From: an uncultured virus (IMG/VR IMGVR_UViG_2654587972_000002)
Lineage: Duplodnaviria; Heunggongvirae; Uroviricota; Caudoviricetes
Reading direction: 5' to 3' (one strand)
IMG/VR virus record: IMGVR_UViG_2654587972_000002
Length of the DNA: 64,000 nucleotides
Positions within the stretch are counted from its first letter, which is position 1. Every line of letters begins with the position of its first letter. The notes beneath the pieces were generated by a model. That model did no database searches. It saw only the letters and a program-made list of their open reading frames with translations, and was not told the DNA's origin. A program made the translations under genes and the position numbers. Shown here one piece after another: positions 37,073 through 45,810 of this stretch.

Positions 37073-38489
37073 AATAGAATAAAATTGAAATTTTCAATGG
37101 ATAAAAGGATATTACTCTAATTTCTTTTATCAACATTTTTAAAATTTTTCTTGTTTCTATAACATCTTCTTCATCATAGTTTTCAATAATAAATTTTAAC
37201 TTTTCTAAAAGTTTTATATCATTATTTTTTGGAATATTTAAATTCTTTTCAAATTCAAGTTTTTTTTCTTTTGCAATTTTAATTCTAGCATTAAGATCTT
37301 TAAATCTATTTTCAAGTTCATCTTCGCTGATATAACTCTTTTGAAATAGATTTATTATTCTTTCTCTCTCATTTTCTAATACTTTTAAATTATTTTCAAG
37401 TTTTAATAATTTTTTTTCATTTTTCTCAATATCATTAGAATTATAATTATTCAAATCTTCTAATTCTTTTGAATTTAGAATCATTTCTTTAATAGTTTTA
37501 TCCATAATTTTAGCAGAGAAGGATTTTTTATGTTTTCTATTTTTACATGAATAAGAGTAATAAGCGTATTTAGTATTGTCTTTATAACTCCTATTCCTCT
37601 TTTGCTGATACATCTTATCTCCACATTCACAATAAATCATAGATGAAAACAGTAAATAAGGTTTATAATCCCCATAAAAAGCTCTTGATTTTATATTTTT
37701 TTCTCTAATAGACTGACAAAATTCAAATAATTCAAGAGGAACAATTGGTTCATGAAGTCCTTTATACCACTTTATGTCTTTTTTACTTACTTGAGTTCTA
37801 TTTTTTTGATTTAATTCTTTTACATATTTTCTTAAAGGAACATAACCAATATAAATTTTATTATCAATAATATCAACTATATCCATTCTTGTTTTATTAA
37901 ATATTCTAGCAGTTTCAGTTAGATTAAAATTTTTAGCATATGTTTCAAAAATACTAAGTATATAAGGAGCCTTTTCAGGATCAGGAACAATCATTTTATT
38001 TTCTCCTCTAATGTATCCTGTTGCTGGTCTACCATGAACAAAATATCCTGCTTTTGTTTTTTCTTCCAAATTACTTTTTATTCTTAAAGACATCTGCTTT
38101 AAATCTTCAGTACCCCAAGCTAAGAATATAGAAAGTGTCATAAAATCTTTTAAATATGGTTGTGAGATACTATCAAAAGTAATTTTATATAATTCTAATT
38201 CTTCAAAAAACTTCATTCCTGTTGAAATTTTTCTTGCTATTCTTGAAATTTCCCAGAAAACTATTTTAGTATATATTTTCTTACTAATAGCTCCAAAAAG
38301 TTCGTTAAACTCTTTTCTGTCATCTATTCTTCCACTTTCAATATCTTGGTAAACTTTTAAGACTTCATAACCTTTTTCTTTGCAGTAGTCTAAACATTTT
38401 TTTAATTGAAGATTAAGGGAGCTATCACTCCCTTTGTCTCTAGTTTGTTCTTTTTTTGATACTCTAATATAAATGGCAACTTTTTCCAT
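37071..38489 (-). CDS. large serine recombinase (integrase)
   Basis: YIRVS catalytic motif, SRIAR, HEPIV, CECG zinc ribbon, coiled coil. Confidence 0.93.
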   Translation of the reverse strand: MEKVAIYIRVSKKEQTRDKGSDSSLNLQLKKCLDYCKEKGYEVLKVYQDIESGRIDDRKEFNELFGAISKKIYTKIVFWEISRIARKISTGMKFFEELELYKITFDSISQPYLKDFMTLSIFLAWGTEDLKQMSLRIKSNLEEKTKAGYFVHGRPATGYIRGENKMIVPDPEKAPYILSIFETYAKNFNLTETARIFNKTRMDIVDIIDNKIYIGYVPLRKYVKELNQKNRTQVSKKDIKWYKGLHEPIVPLELFEFCQSIREKNIKSRAFYGDYKPYLLFSSMIYCECGDKMYQQKRNRSYKDNTKYAYYSYSCKNRKHKKSFSAKIMDKTIKEMILNSKELEDLNNYNSNDIEKNEKKLLKLENNLKVLENERERIINLFQKSYISEDELENRFKDLNARIKIAKEKKLEFEKNLNIPKNNDIKLLEKLKFIIENYDEEDVIETRKILKMLIKEIRVISFYPLKISILFY

Positions 38490-38603
38490 TTATGAAGCCT
38501 TTTTCTTTAAAATTAATTTATTGTAAAGTTCTTCAATTTGCTCTACTACTGCTCTTTTTATTATATTTATTTCTTCGTTTTTTACTGGTTTATTAGTTTC
38601 CAT
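38490..38603 (-). CDS. small protein (37 aa) coupled to integrase
   Basis: AAGGAG RBS; TAA directly followed by integrase ATG. Confidence 0.5.
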   Translation of the reverse strand: METNKPVKNEEINIIKRAVVEQIEELYNKLILKKKAS

Positions 38604-38625
38604 ATTATACTTAGCTCCTTTCCTT

Positions 38626-38913
38626 TTATCTCCAATATTTGCAAGAAAAATCTTCTTGTTGTTCATAACCAAGCTCTATGGTTGTAGCTTCTGATTTTTT
38701 AATAACAAATTCATTTATTTCATCTGAAAGCTCATCTGCTAAATCATATAAATCATTAGGATCTAAAAACCTTCTGAAATGATTATCAAAAAAATTTGTA
38801 ATAATATCCAAAGTTCCCCAGTAAGAAGAGGGAACATCTGGATAAAGTTTTTCATTTAAAATAGTACATTTTCCTTTGTTATAGTTAGAACACCATTTAC
38901 AAATTTTTTCCAT
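38626..38913 (-). CDS. hypothetical Cys-containing protein
   Basis: CKWC..C...FSC. Confidence 0.6.
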   Translation of the reverse strand: MEKICKWCSNYNKGKCTILNEKLYPDVPSSYWGTLDIITNFFDNHFRRFLDPNDLYDLADELSDEINEFVIKKSEATTIELGYEQQEDFSCKYWR

Positions 38914-38922
38914 TTAACTCAC

Positions 38923-39315
38923 CTAGTATCCTAGTTGTTCATTTAGGTCTGGGTTTTCAAAAATATTACCAACAATTTCAAAGTCTCCTTCTAGGTCTGA
39001 AAGATGTTCTGTAATATTTTCATAAGAAACACGATAAGTCGCATCTTCATCATCATAGGAAATTAATCCATAAATATCATCTATACCATCATTGAATTTA
39101 ATTACATCTGCTTCATAAAGCTCTTGACCTGCTTTGTCTTTTGCTCCTGAAAATTGTAGAAGCTCTATATCTTTAAATGCAACAGTTTTATAATTTTCAT
39201 TAAATAAATTACCATCTTCTGTATATCTTATATATTCATAGTTAAAATCTATTCCAATAATAGCAACCATTTTCTTTTCTTTCTTCAACCAGGCTTTCAT
39301 TTTAAATTCTTTCAT
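38923..39315 (-). CDS. YopX-family protein
   Basis: LLQFSGAKDKAGQELYEAD, EIVGNIFENPDL. Confidence 0.85.
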   Translation of the reverse strand: MKEFKMKAWLKKEKKMVAIIGIDFNYEYIRYTEDGNLFNENYKTVAFKDIELLQFSGAKDKAGQELYEADVIKFNDGIDDIYGLISYDDEDATYRVSYENITEHLSDLEGDFEIVGNIFENPDLNEQLGY

Positions 39316-39324
39316 TTTATCCCC

Positions 39325-39900
39325 CTAAGCAGTTTTAATTTTAATAATTTCTCTATCAACCATATTTAAGTATTTTTCAGATGATTTTATTAGTTCTTGA
39401 ACTTCTTCTTTAATATTAAGTTCATTGACTAATTTTTTTATTCTATCTAATTTAAAATTTTTAATAAGTTTATTCCAGGAATGAATAGTATCTGTAAACC
39501 CAGCTGGAAGCTTTTGTAATTTATCTTCCAAGGTCATTGGTGCTTTTTCCCAAATAGAATTTGCACAGTCTTTAACATGTGCTTTCATTACTTGTCTAGT
39601 GTAGAAATTATCTTCATATTCTATGTCCTGTTCTTTGACATCGTCATAGCATTTGTCATAAATTTCAGATGTTAAATTTTTACATCTACCAATCAGTATT
39701 TTGTAATAAGTATTTAAATAACCATCTTCTTCATTCTTCCAAACTTTTTGATGATTACCAATTACAATTTCTAGTGAAAGTAAAAGAGTCTTTAAACTAA
39801 GAGCATCAAGCTCACTTTCAGTAGGTTTTTCTATAAATTTAATTTCTTTCTTTTCATTTATCTTGATTTGTCTTTTCACAGTCTTTTGAGCTTTTCTCAT
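39325..39900 (-). CDS. hypothetical protein
   Basis: RBS, operon position. Confidence 0.6.
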   Translation of the reverse strand: MRKAQKTVKRQIKINEKKEIKFIEKPTESELDALSLKTLLLSLEIVIGNHQKVWKNEEDGYLNTYYKILIGRCKNLTSEIYDKCYDDVKEQDIEYEDNFYTRQVMKAHVKDCANSIWEKAPMTLEDKLQKLPAGFTDTIHSWNKLIKNFKLDRIKKLVNELNIKEEVQELIKSSEKYLNMVDREIIKIKTA

Positions 39901-39965
39901 TTTTACTCCTTTCTGCTAGAAGAGCAGTTAAAGCTAATTTTAAAATATCCATTTTCTTATTCTCC

Positions 39966-40529
39966 TTATAAAAAGCCATCTTTTTTTAATTGTGCATATT
40001 CTTTAAGTTGTTCACTTAGTTCTTCTTTTTTTACTTGAAAATCTTCAAATCTATCGGTCTTTTCAGTTACAGTCATGTGACCTTTTTCAGATATAAATTG
40101 AGTGGGGAAAATGATAATATAAGGAGCTTTTAAACCACTCCCTTCTTCACTTTCTAAAAAACCAACATAAATATCTGCTTTATTGTTGCATTCAAAACCC
40201 CAAGATTTTTTACCACTTCTCATTCTTATAGATGAGTACTTTACATCTATATATAATCCATCTAAGCAAAAATCAAAGATTGGATTATTTTTTTGCCAAT
40301 ATTTATTAGCATTAACTGCATCAGGAACTAACTTTTGAAAATATTGTTCAGCTTCTCCACCTAATCTTGTAGCTTTTCCACCATATTTTATTTTGTCTTG
40401 AATTTTTAAAAGACCACTTGTTAATAAAATTTTATGTGCAGCCAATATTGGTAAACCACTTCTCTTAACAGCTTCATAAAAATTTCCACATTCCATATAT
40501 ATTTCAACCACTTTATGCAATATCCTCAT
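39966..40529 (-). CDS. HTH + PD-(D/E)xK nuclease-like protein
   Basis: GGEAE...FDF...IDVKYS. Confidence 0.5.
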   Translation of the reverse strand: MRILHKVVEIYMECGNFYEAVKRSGLPILAAHKILLTSGLLKIQDKIKYGGKATRLGGEAEQYFQKLVPDAVNANKYWQKNNPIFDFCLDGLYIDVKYSSIRMRSGKKSWGFECNNKADIYVGFLESEEGSGLKAPYIIIFPTQFISEKGHMTVTEKTDRFEDFQVKKEELSEQLKEYAQLKKDGFL

Positions 40530-40755
40530 CTCCTAATAAATAAGTTTCTGTACCTTTTTTTACAAACCAAAATTTAGAAACTGTGAAATATAATATATTT
40601 TTTCTAGTAACTTCTATTCTTTTTATAAAATAAGTACCTAATTTTATTGAAAAAAGTTCATATTTAGCTATACCTAATTTTGATTTGTGTAAAATAATAT
40701 CTCCTGGTTTTAATTCAACATTCAATTTATTATTTACAAGTTCAATCTTTTTCAT
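40513..40755 (-). CDS. hypothetical protein
   Basis: operon position. Confidence 0.55.
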   Translation of the reverse strand: MKKIELVNNKLNVELKPGDIILHKSKLGIAKYELFSIKLGTYFIKRIEVTRKNILYFTVSKFWFVKKGTETYLLGDEDIA

Positions 40756-40759
40756 TATT

Positions 40760-40969
40760 TCACATCCAACTCTCTAATAGAAGAAATGGAAAATTAAGTT
40801 TATATTTTAAGTTTTTCCAAAAACTTGCTTTTTTACTTTTATTTATGGTAAAACCATTAATTTTTTTACCTTTATTTGCAATAACTACAGCTTTGCTATA
40901 ATCATTTGTAAGGTATTCACCATTTACAAGCCATAAATTTTCTCCAATTTTTCTTATTTCTAGCATCAT
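40760..40969 (-). CDS. hypothetical protein
   Basis: AGGAGG RBS before ATG. Confidence 0.55.
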   Translation of the reverse strand: MMLEIRKIGENLWLVNGEYLTNDYSKAVVIANKGKKINGFTINKSKKASFWKNLKYKLNFPFLLLESWM

Positions 40970-40983
40970 GTCCTCCTGTTTTC

Positions 40984-41080
40984 TTGACACCACAAATAAC
41001 TTACTGTAAAATAAAACTGTCTGAGGGCTTTATCAACACAAGCAAGTTACTTGCAGTGCAAAATTGATAAAGTTCTTTTT
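40984..41080 (+). ncRNA. candidate small antisense RNA with own promoter
   Basis: TTGACA-17-TAAAAT; 13-bp stem with G-U pairs (41024-41076) + T-run. Confidence 0.6.
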
Positions 41081-41255
41081 ATTCTGTAAGTCTTTTAAAA
41101 ACTTTTATAAAAATTTCAAGTTCTTCATTTTCTTTCTTCATTGCAATAATTCTTGCAATACCTAACATTGCAACTGCAACATCATCATCTATTAAGGATT
41201 TATTGCTTTTTATAGTAGTTTCTGCTTTTTTAATTAAATCATCTTTAAAAATCAT
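41079..41255 (-). CDS. small hypothetical protein (58 aa)
   Basis: GGAGG RBS; ATGA overlap with upstream gene. Confidence 0.6.
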   Translation of the reverse strand: MIFKDDLIKKAETTIKSNKSLIDDDVAVAMLGIARIIAMKKENEELEIFIKVFKRLTE

Positions 41256-41878
41256 ATTTCCTCCACTAGTTGTTGTAATTTTTTTATATATTCTGTAAGC
41301 TCTTTTTTATATTCCTGCTTATCTTCATCTTTTAACTTCAATGTTCTTTTCTTCATTTTTTCAACTTTTTTAAAGTTAAAAAACTTTTGTCCAGCTGGAA
41401 GAAATTCCATTTTATTTTTTTCAATAGCAGGAAGTAGTTGTTTTCTAATTTCTTTAACTTTATAGATATTATTTTCTAAAATTCCTAAAACTTCTTCATA
41501 TTGAAGATCCTTATTTGTTAGAATTTTTATTGCTTGATCTGAATAAGCAAATATTTTTTCTTTGTAATCTTGGAACTCTAGATATAAATTCCATCTTTTT
41601 AAGTAAACTGAAACAGCATCTTTTGTAAGTCCCTTAGACTCATACCAAGCCATAAATGAATTAGTAGGTTTTAAAGTTTTTTCAATCAATGCTAGTGATG
41701 AACACATGTCAAATAGATTATTTTTCATTTTTTTATATGTATTCATAAATATTTTTTCTTGCTCAGACACAGTAGCAATTTCAACATCATTTAATTCGTA
41801 ACTGGCGAAGTCAAATTCTTTTATTTCTGTTTTGGAAGATAAAACAACATCAAAATCATTTTCTAAATTTTTATTCAT
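41252..41878 (-). CDS. putative ParA partner/DNA-binding protein
   Basis: overlaps parA-like gene; FMAWYES..LTKDAVSVY helical motif. Confidence 0.5.
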   Translation of the reverse strand: MNKNLENDFDVVLSSKTEIKEFDFASYELNDVEIATVSEQEKIFMNTYKKMKNNLFDMCSSLALIEKTLKPTNSFMAWYESKGLTKDAVSVYLKRWNLYLEFQDYKEKIFAYSDQAIKILTNKDLQYEEVLGILENNIYKVKEIRKQLLPAIEKNKMEFLPAGQKFFNFKKVEKMKKRTLKLKDEDKQEYKKELTEYIKKLQQLVEEI

Positions 41879-42578
41879 TGTCTATCTCCTTCCAGATATT
41901 TATAAAAATACCTTTAACATAATCTAATTTTTGAGATTTACTTTCCCATATTAAAGTTTCTTTATCAACTAATTTAGAAATAAGGCTAATTTGTGGAATA
42001 GGAAAACTTAAATATATTCCTTGTACTCCTAATTTTTGGTTTAAGAAATCATAATATTCCTTTTCTAGCTTTGTTCTTCCAGTTCTATTTGGAACAACAG
42101 CCTTAACCTTGTTTAAATCAACTTTTTTTAACATACTTAATACTGAATGTGTTGTAATATTATCAAGAAAAGTTGGAATAACTATATAGTCAGATACCTG
42201 AATAAATAAATTATCTAATCCCATTACTGGAGAACCATCAATAACAATATAGTCATATTCTTCTTTTAAAAGTTTTATAGCTTTTTTAAAAGCCTCATCA
42301 AAAGAATTTTTTATCTTATATCCTTGCAGATGCAAGAAGAAAAGATTTTCTCTTAATTTTTTAATTTTATAGCTTTTACCTTCAATGAAATCTTCAAGTC
42401 CAAATTTGCTTGTATCATCAATTTTTATCCCTGAAAATTTTAAAATATCATTTTGGGAATCGCTGGTAAGAATCAATGTCTTTTTATTTTTTATTAATGC
42501 TTTGTGTGCTGCTAATTGTAGAGTTATATAAGTTTTTCCAACTCCACCTTTATTATTTTTAACTAAAATAATTCCCAT
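41871..42578 (-). CDS. ParA-family ATPase
   Basis: KGGVGKT deviant Walker A, YDYIVIDGSP. Confidence 0.88.
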   Translation of the reverse strand: MGIILVKNNKGGVGKTYITLQLAAHKALIKNKKTLILTSDSQNDILKFSGIKIDDTSKFGLEDFIEGKSYKIKKLRENLFFLHLQGYKIKNSFDEAFKKAIKLLKEEYDYIVIDGSPVMGLDNLFIQVSDYIVIPTFLDNITTHSVLSMLKKVDLNKVKAVVPNRTGRTKLEKEYYDFLNQKLGVQGIYLSFPIPQISLISKLVDKETLIWESKSQKLDYVKGIFINIWKEIDNE

Positions 42579-42594
42579 AAAATCCTCCTATTTT

Positions 42595-42969
42595 TTATTT
42601 TTTTTCTAGCTTATTTTTAAAATAAGTTTTAGAATTTTTTAAATTCACAAATGTGTATCCAGATTCTTTAAGAGTTCTTAAAGACTTACTAAGTCCTCTT
42701 TTTTTGTTACATAAGTGCCAAGCTCCAAATTTTTTTATAACAATTCCTGATAAAACTTCATCATCTTTAGTTGCAAGAATAAAGTCTTGCCTATAAATCA
42801 TTGAGGTTCCAGCAGTATATCCAGTTGCTTCAAGCCATTCAACTTCTTTAAAATCAAATTCCTTTTTCTGACCATTTGAAATAGCTATCATTTTTTTATT
42901 TCTGTAATCAATGAAGCTAACACTATATGTTTTTTTATCTGTACAGCTATAAATTTTTCCTCTTAGCAT
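42595..42969 (-). CDS. hypothetical protein (YopX-like)
   Basis: WLEATG..IYRQD. Confidence 0.45.
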   Translation of the reverse strand: MLRGKIYSCTDKKTYSVSFIDYRNKKMIAISNGQKKEFDFKEVEWLEATGYTAGTSMIYRQDFILATKDDEVLSGIVIKKFGAWHLCNKKRGLSKSLRTLKESGYTFVNLKNSKTYFKNKLEKK

Positions 42970-42980
42970 TATTGCTCCTT

Positions 42981-43190
42981 TCAGTTATAAAATTCAGGGT
43001 CTTTTAGACTTTTAAATGCTCCAATTTTTATAGCACATAAATGCCATAATAACTTTCCATAACTAGAGCAATATTTATATTTTTCAAAATCAAGTTTTTC
43101 TTCATCAGGAAGTATTTTATTGACTTCTTCAAATTGTTTTTGGACTTCACACCATTTTGCAAATGGCATGTTGATTTTTATTGTTGACAT
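42981..43190 (-). CDS. hypothetical protein
   Basis: GAGGAGG RBS. Confidence 0.55.
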   Translation of the reverse strand: MSTIKINMPFAKWCEVQKQFEEVNKILPDEEKLDFEKYKYCSSYGKLLWHLCAIKIGAFKSLKDPEFYN

Positions 43191-43201
43191 AAACCTCCTC
43201 T

Positions 43202-44176
43202 CTAAATTAAACTTTTTTCTTGAAGCTCTTCCAAAATAAAAGGACTAATCAATCTATAATACATAGTTTCACTTTTATTTTTTAATTTAGAAAAATGCTT
43301 AATATTATGTTTTTTTAATATATTTAGTTCAATATTTTCTTGCTGCTCTAGAGGGAGACTTTTAAAAATTTCAAGATATTTTTCATTCTTTTCACACTCC
43401 TTTCTCTCATTTTCTTTAATTTTTTGATGTTCATTCTCTTTCTTTTCAAGCTCCTGAGAGTTTACTTCACAAGTTCCTTTGAAAAGGTGGTTAGAGAAAA
43501 CAGCAGCAATGCTTTTAATATCAGATTTATTTTTTAATATATCCAGTTGTTCCTGGAATATTTTTAAAATAAATTCTAGTGAATTATTTTCTAATAACTC
43601 TAAAACTTTAACTTCATGTTTCTTAGAAAAAGTAATTTCATTTTCTATGAACCATTGTTTTACAGTTTTTAATTTTTTATCAAGCTCATATGATTTATTT
43701 TCTTTATGATTTATTTCTTTATTTAAGTTATTTATATTATGTTCTTTATTGTTGCTAATTTTTAACAAACTAGTTTGTGAAATTTTTACAGAATAGTTTG
43801 TAAATTTTTTACAATCCAGTTTGTCAATTTTTAACAAACTAGTTTCCGTTTTTTTAAAAACTAGATTTTCAATTTCTTGAAAACTGATTTTAAAAAATCT
43901 ACGGCAGGGTGTTCCTCTATTTTCTTGGATTAGTATATTAGTTTCTATTAAATCTTGAATTATTTTATTTTGTTTATGTCTACTTAACCCTGTTAATTCT
44001 TCTAAGGTTTCAATAGTCTGATAGAACCAACCCTCATCATCAGCTAGTCCATCACTAGCTTCAATAAGAATTGTTAGCAAGAAAGCTGGTTCTATTCCTA
44101 ATGCTTTTACTATTTGTTTATTTAATGTGTAGTAATTGCTACTCATTAATAACTGTTTAAATGTTCTTTCTTGCAT
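43202..44176 (-). CDS. phage replication initiator protein
   Basis: winged-HTH N-terminus (GWFYQTIETLEELTGLSRHKQ); internal iterons. Confidence 0.8.
   Translation of the reverse strand: MQERTFKQLLMSSNYYTLNKQIVKALGIEPAFLLTILIEASDGLADDEGWFYQTIETLEELTGLSRHKQNKIIQDLIETNILIQENRGTPCRRFFKISFQEIENLVFKKTETSLLKIDKLDCKKFTNYSVKISQTSLLKISNNKEHNINNLNKEINHKENKSYELDKKLKTVKQWFIENEITFSKKHEVKVLELLENNSLEFILKIFQEQLDILKNKSDIKSIAAVFSNHLFKGTCEVNSQELEKKENEHQKIKENERKECEKNEKYLEIFKSLPLEQQENIELNILKKHNIKHFSKLKNKSETMYYRLISPFILEELQEKSLI
43757..43848. repeat. four 23-bp tandem iterons (putative origin)
   Basis: units at 43757, 43780, 43803, 43826; units 1 and 4 share AATTTTTAACAAACTAGTTT. Confidence 0.75.
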
Positions 44177-44193
44177 TTATTAAGCTCCTTTAA

Positions 44194-44451
44194 TTATTTT
44201 AAATTTTTTAAAATTTCTATTATTTCATCCAACTCTTTTAATTTTTCTTTTATTAATAAATCAGTGAAATATAAGTTTTTTCTATAATCAGGCTCTTTAT
44301 TATTTTTCCAGCCATCATAATGAATACTTATACAAAAACTTGAACAATGTCCCATAAAGTTAAAAAATATTGTATTTTTTTCTTCATTATTCTTTTCTAA
44401 TGATAAGTTTATTATTTCCAATATTTTTAATCTTATTCTTATATCCAGCAT
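44194..44451 (-). CDS. hypothetical protein
   Basis: AGGTGA RBS before ATG. Confidence 0.55.
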   Translation of the reverse strand: MLDIRIRLKILEIINLSLEKNNEEKNTIFFNFMGHCSSFCISIHYDGWKNNKEPDYRKNLYFTDLLIKEKLKELDEIIEILKNLK

Positions 44452-44460
44452 AACTTTCAC

Positions 44461-44637
44461 CTAGTCTTTTAAAATATCTTTCAAAGTATGGATTTCAACT
44501 TTTTTAGTACTGATATATTTCCATAATTCTTCATCATCAATGCCATTATCAAGTTTTATTTGGTATTCTTTTAGAGCTTCTTTTCTTAATTTATCTAATG
44601 CTACTATTCTAGATTCTATATATTGTTTAGTTTTCAT
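44461..44637 (-). CDS. small phage protein (58 aa), homolog of 1..174
   Basis: AAGGAG RBS; LKEYQIKLDNGIDDEELWKY. Confidence 0.7.
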   Translation of the reverse strand: MKTKQYIESRIVALDKLRKEALKEYQIKLDNGIDDEELWKYISTKKVEIHTLKDILKD

Positions 44638-44646
44638 TATTACTCC

Positions 44647-44883
44647 TTATTTTGCCATTCCTTTGTATAGTTTTTCCAATGAAACCATTGCTTCATCAAC
44701 TTTTGAATGTCCAGATTTTTCAATTATCTTTTTAATTTTGTTATACCAATTTTTAGCTTTCTCTTTATTGCTATAATGTCCAGGATCTATTCCTAGAAAA
44801 TCAAGTTGAGGTTTTCCTCCTAGCTCAACTAAGAAAAATATGTATTTAGAAGTTTCATCTTTGAAATATAAATTATTTTCCAT
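44647..44883 (-). CDS. hypothetical protein (J-domain-like fold without HPD?)
   Basis: LGI...AKNWYNKIKKII...EAMVSLEKLY. Confidence 0.45.
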   Translation of the reverse strand: MENNLYFKDETSKYIFFLVELGGKPQLDFLGIDPGHYSNKEKAKNWYNKIKKIIEKSGHSKVDEAMVSLEKLYKGMAK

Positions 44884-45076
44884 TTTCAACCCCCATTTCT
44901 TTCTTAATTTCATTAATAAATCTAGCATCAATATTCAATGCACAAGGTTCAATGTTAAAATTTTCTGGAAACTCTGAATAATTTAATTCAATTTCATTTT
45001 TAGCAGCTTGCAAAGTAGTGAAAGCTGAAAGAATTATTTTATCTTCATTTGTGATAATATAGATTGTTCTAATCAT
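44873..45076 (-). CDS. hypothetical protein
   Basis: GGTGA RBS; operon position. Confidence 0.5.
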   Translation of the reverse strand: MIRTIYIITNEDKIILSAFTTLQAAKNEIELNYSEFPENFNIEPCALNIDARFINEIKKEMGVENGK

Positions 45077-45191
45077 TTTTATCACCAGCAATCTTACAAG
45101 CATATCCCATTTTTTGTAGCTCTTCCTTGATTTCTAAAAGTTGGACATCTCCAAATCTTTCAATTAGATCATTCAATTCTTTTAAATTCAT
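45069..45191 (-). CDS. small hypothetical protein (40 aa)
   Basis: GAGGAGG RBS before ATG 45191. Confidence 0.55.
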   Translation of the reverse strand: MNLKELNDLIERFGDVQLLEIKEELQKMGYACKIAGDKND

Positions 45192-45222
45192 AAATTTTTC
45201 CTCCTCTTTGAGAGAAAAAAAC

Positions 45223-45342
45223 TTGTAAAATATAAGAAAACATGTTATAATTAGGCATAAGTTAAATAGGTGTTTGTAGAAGTTATTTGCTTTTCCATTC
45301 ACTATTCAATTAAAAGGGCTTCTGGCAGGTTGTCCTTTTTTT
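45223..45342 (+). ncRNA. candidate small antisense RNA with own promoter
   Basis: TTGTAA-17-TATAAT with extended TG; terminator AAAAGGGC/GTCCTTTT + T-run. Confidence 0.55.
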
Positions 45343-45350
45343 CTTTGCTA

Positions 45351-45587
45351 TTATTCATCTTGCATTACTTTTCCTGCTATCATTCCTAATTCAAAGTATT
45401 CATCTTTTATATTTTCAATTACTATAAAAAATAATTTTTGAAGTTCTTCAAATTCTTCATCAGTTAATTTTTCTTCCAGATAACTGATTTTTTTTACAGC
45501 CTTTTCAATACTAGTATTAGAATTTGTATTTATATAGCCTTTTTCCTTTAATGCTTCAATAAATTTTAATATTTTCTTATTCTCCGT
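45351..45587 (-). CDS. 78-aa ORF with ACG start, paralog of 48481..48702
   Basis: AGGAGG RBS then ACG; open to TAA; sequence similarity. Confidence 0.55.
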   Translation of the reverse strand, partial: TENKKILKFIEALKEKGYINTNSNTSIEKAVKKISYLEEKLTDEEFEELQKLFFIVIENIKDEYFELGMIAGKVMQDE

Positions 45588-45638
45588 ATTTTTTCTCCTC
45601 CTAAAATAATTTTTAAAAATTTTTAAAATATTTAAGTT

Positions 45639-45775
45639 AGTTGTTTTATATAACTTATATATTTTTTTATATTACTAGTTGGCTAAATAATAACACTAAT
45701 CATATAAGATGTCAAATGATTTTTTTAATTAGTTATATGTTTTAACTTGTTATATAGCTTTTACAATGGTATAAT
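45639..45775. promoter_or_regulatory. divergent promoters with two 17-bp palindromic operators
   Basis: minus TTGACA-17-TATTAT (45715-45687); plus TTGTTA-17-TATAAT (45747-45775); AGTT(A/G)-N7-TAACT at 45639 and 45731. Confidence 0.65.
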
Positions 45776-45810
45776 TATACAAAAGTTAAAATATTAAAGG
45801 TGGTGATGTA

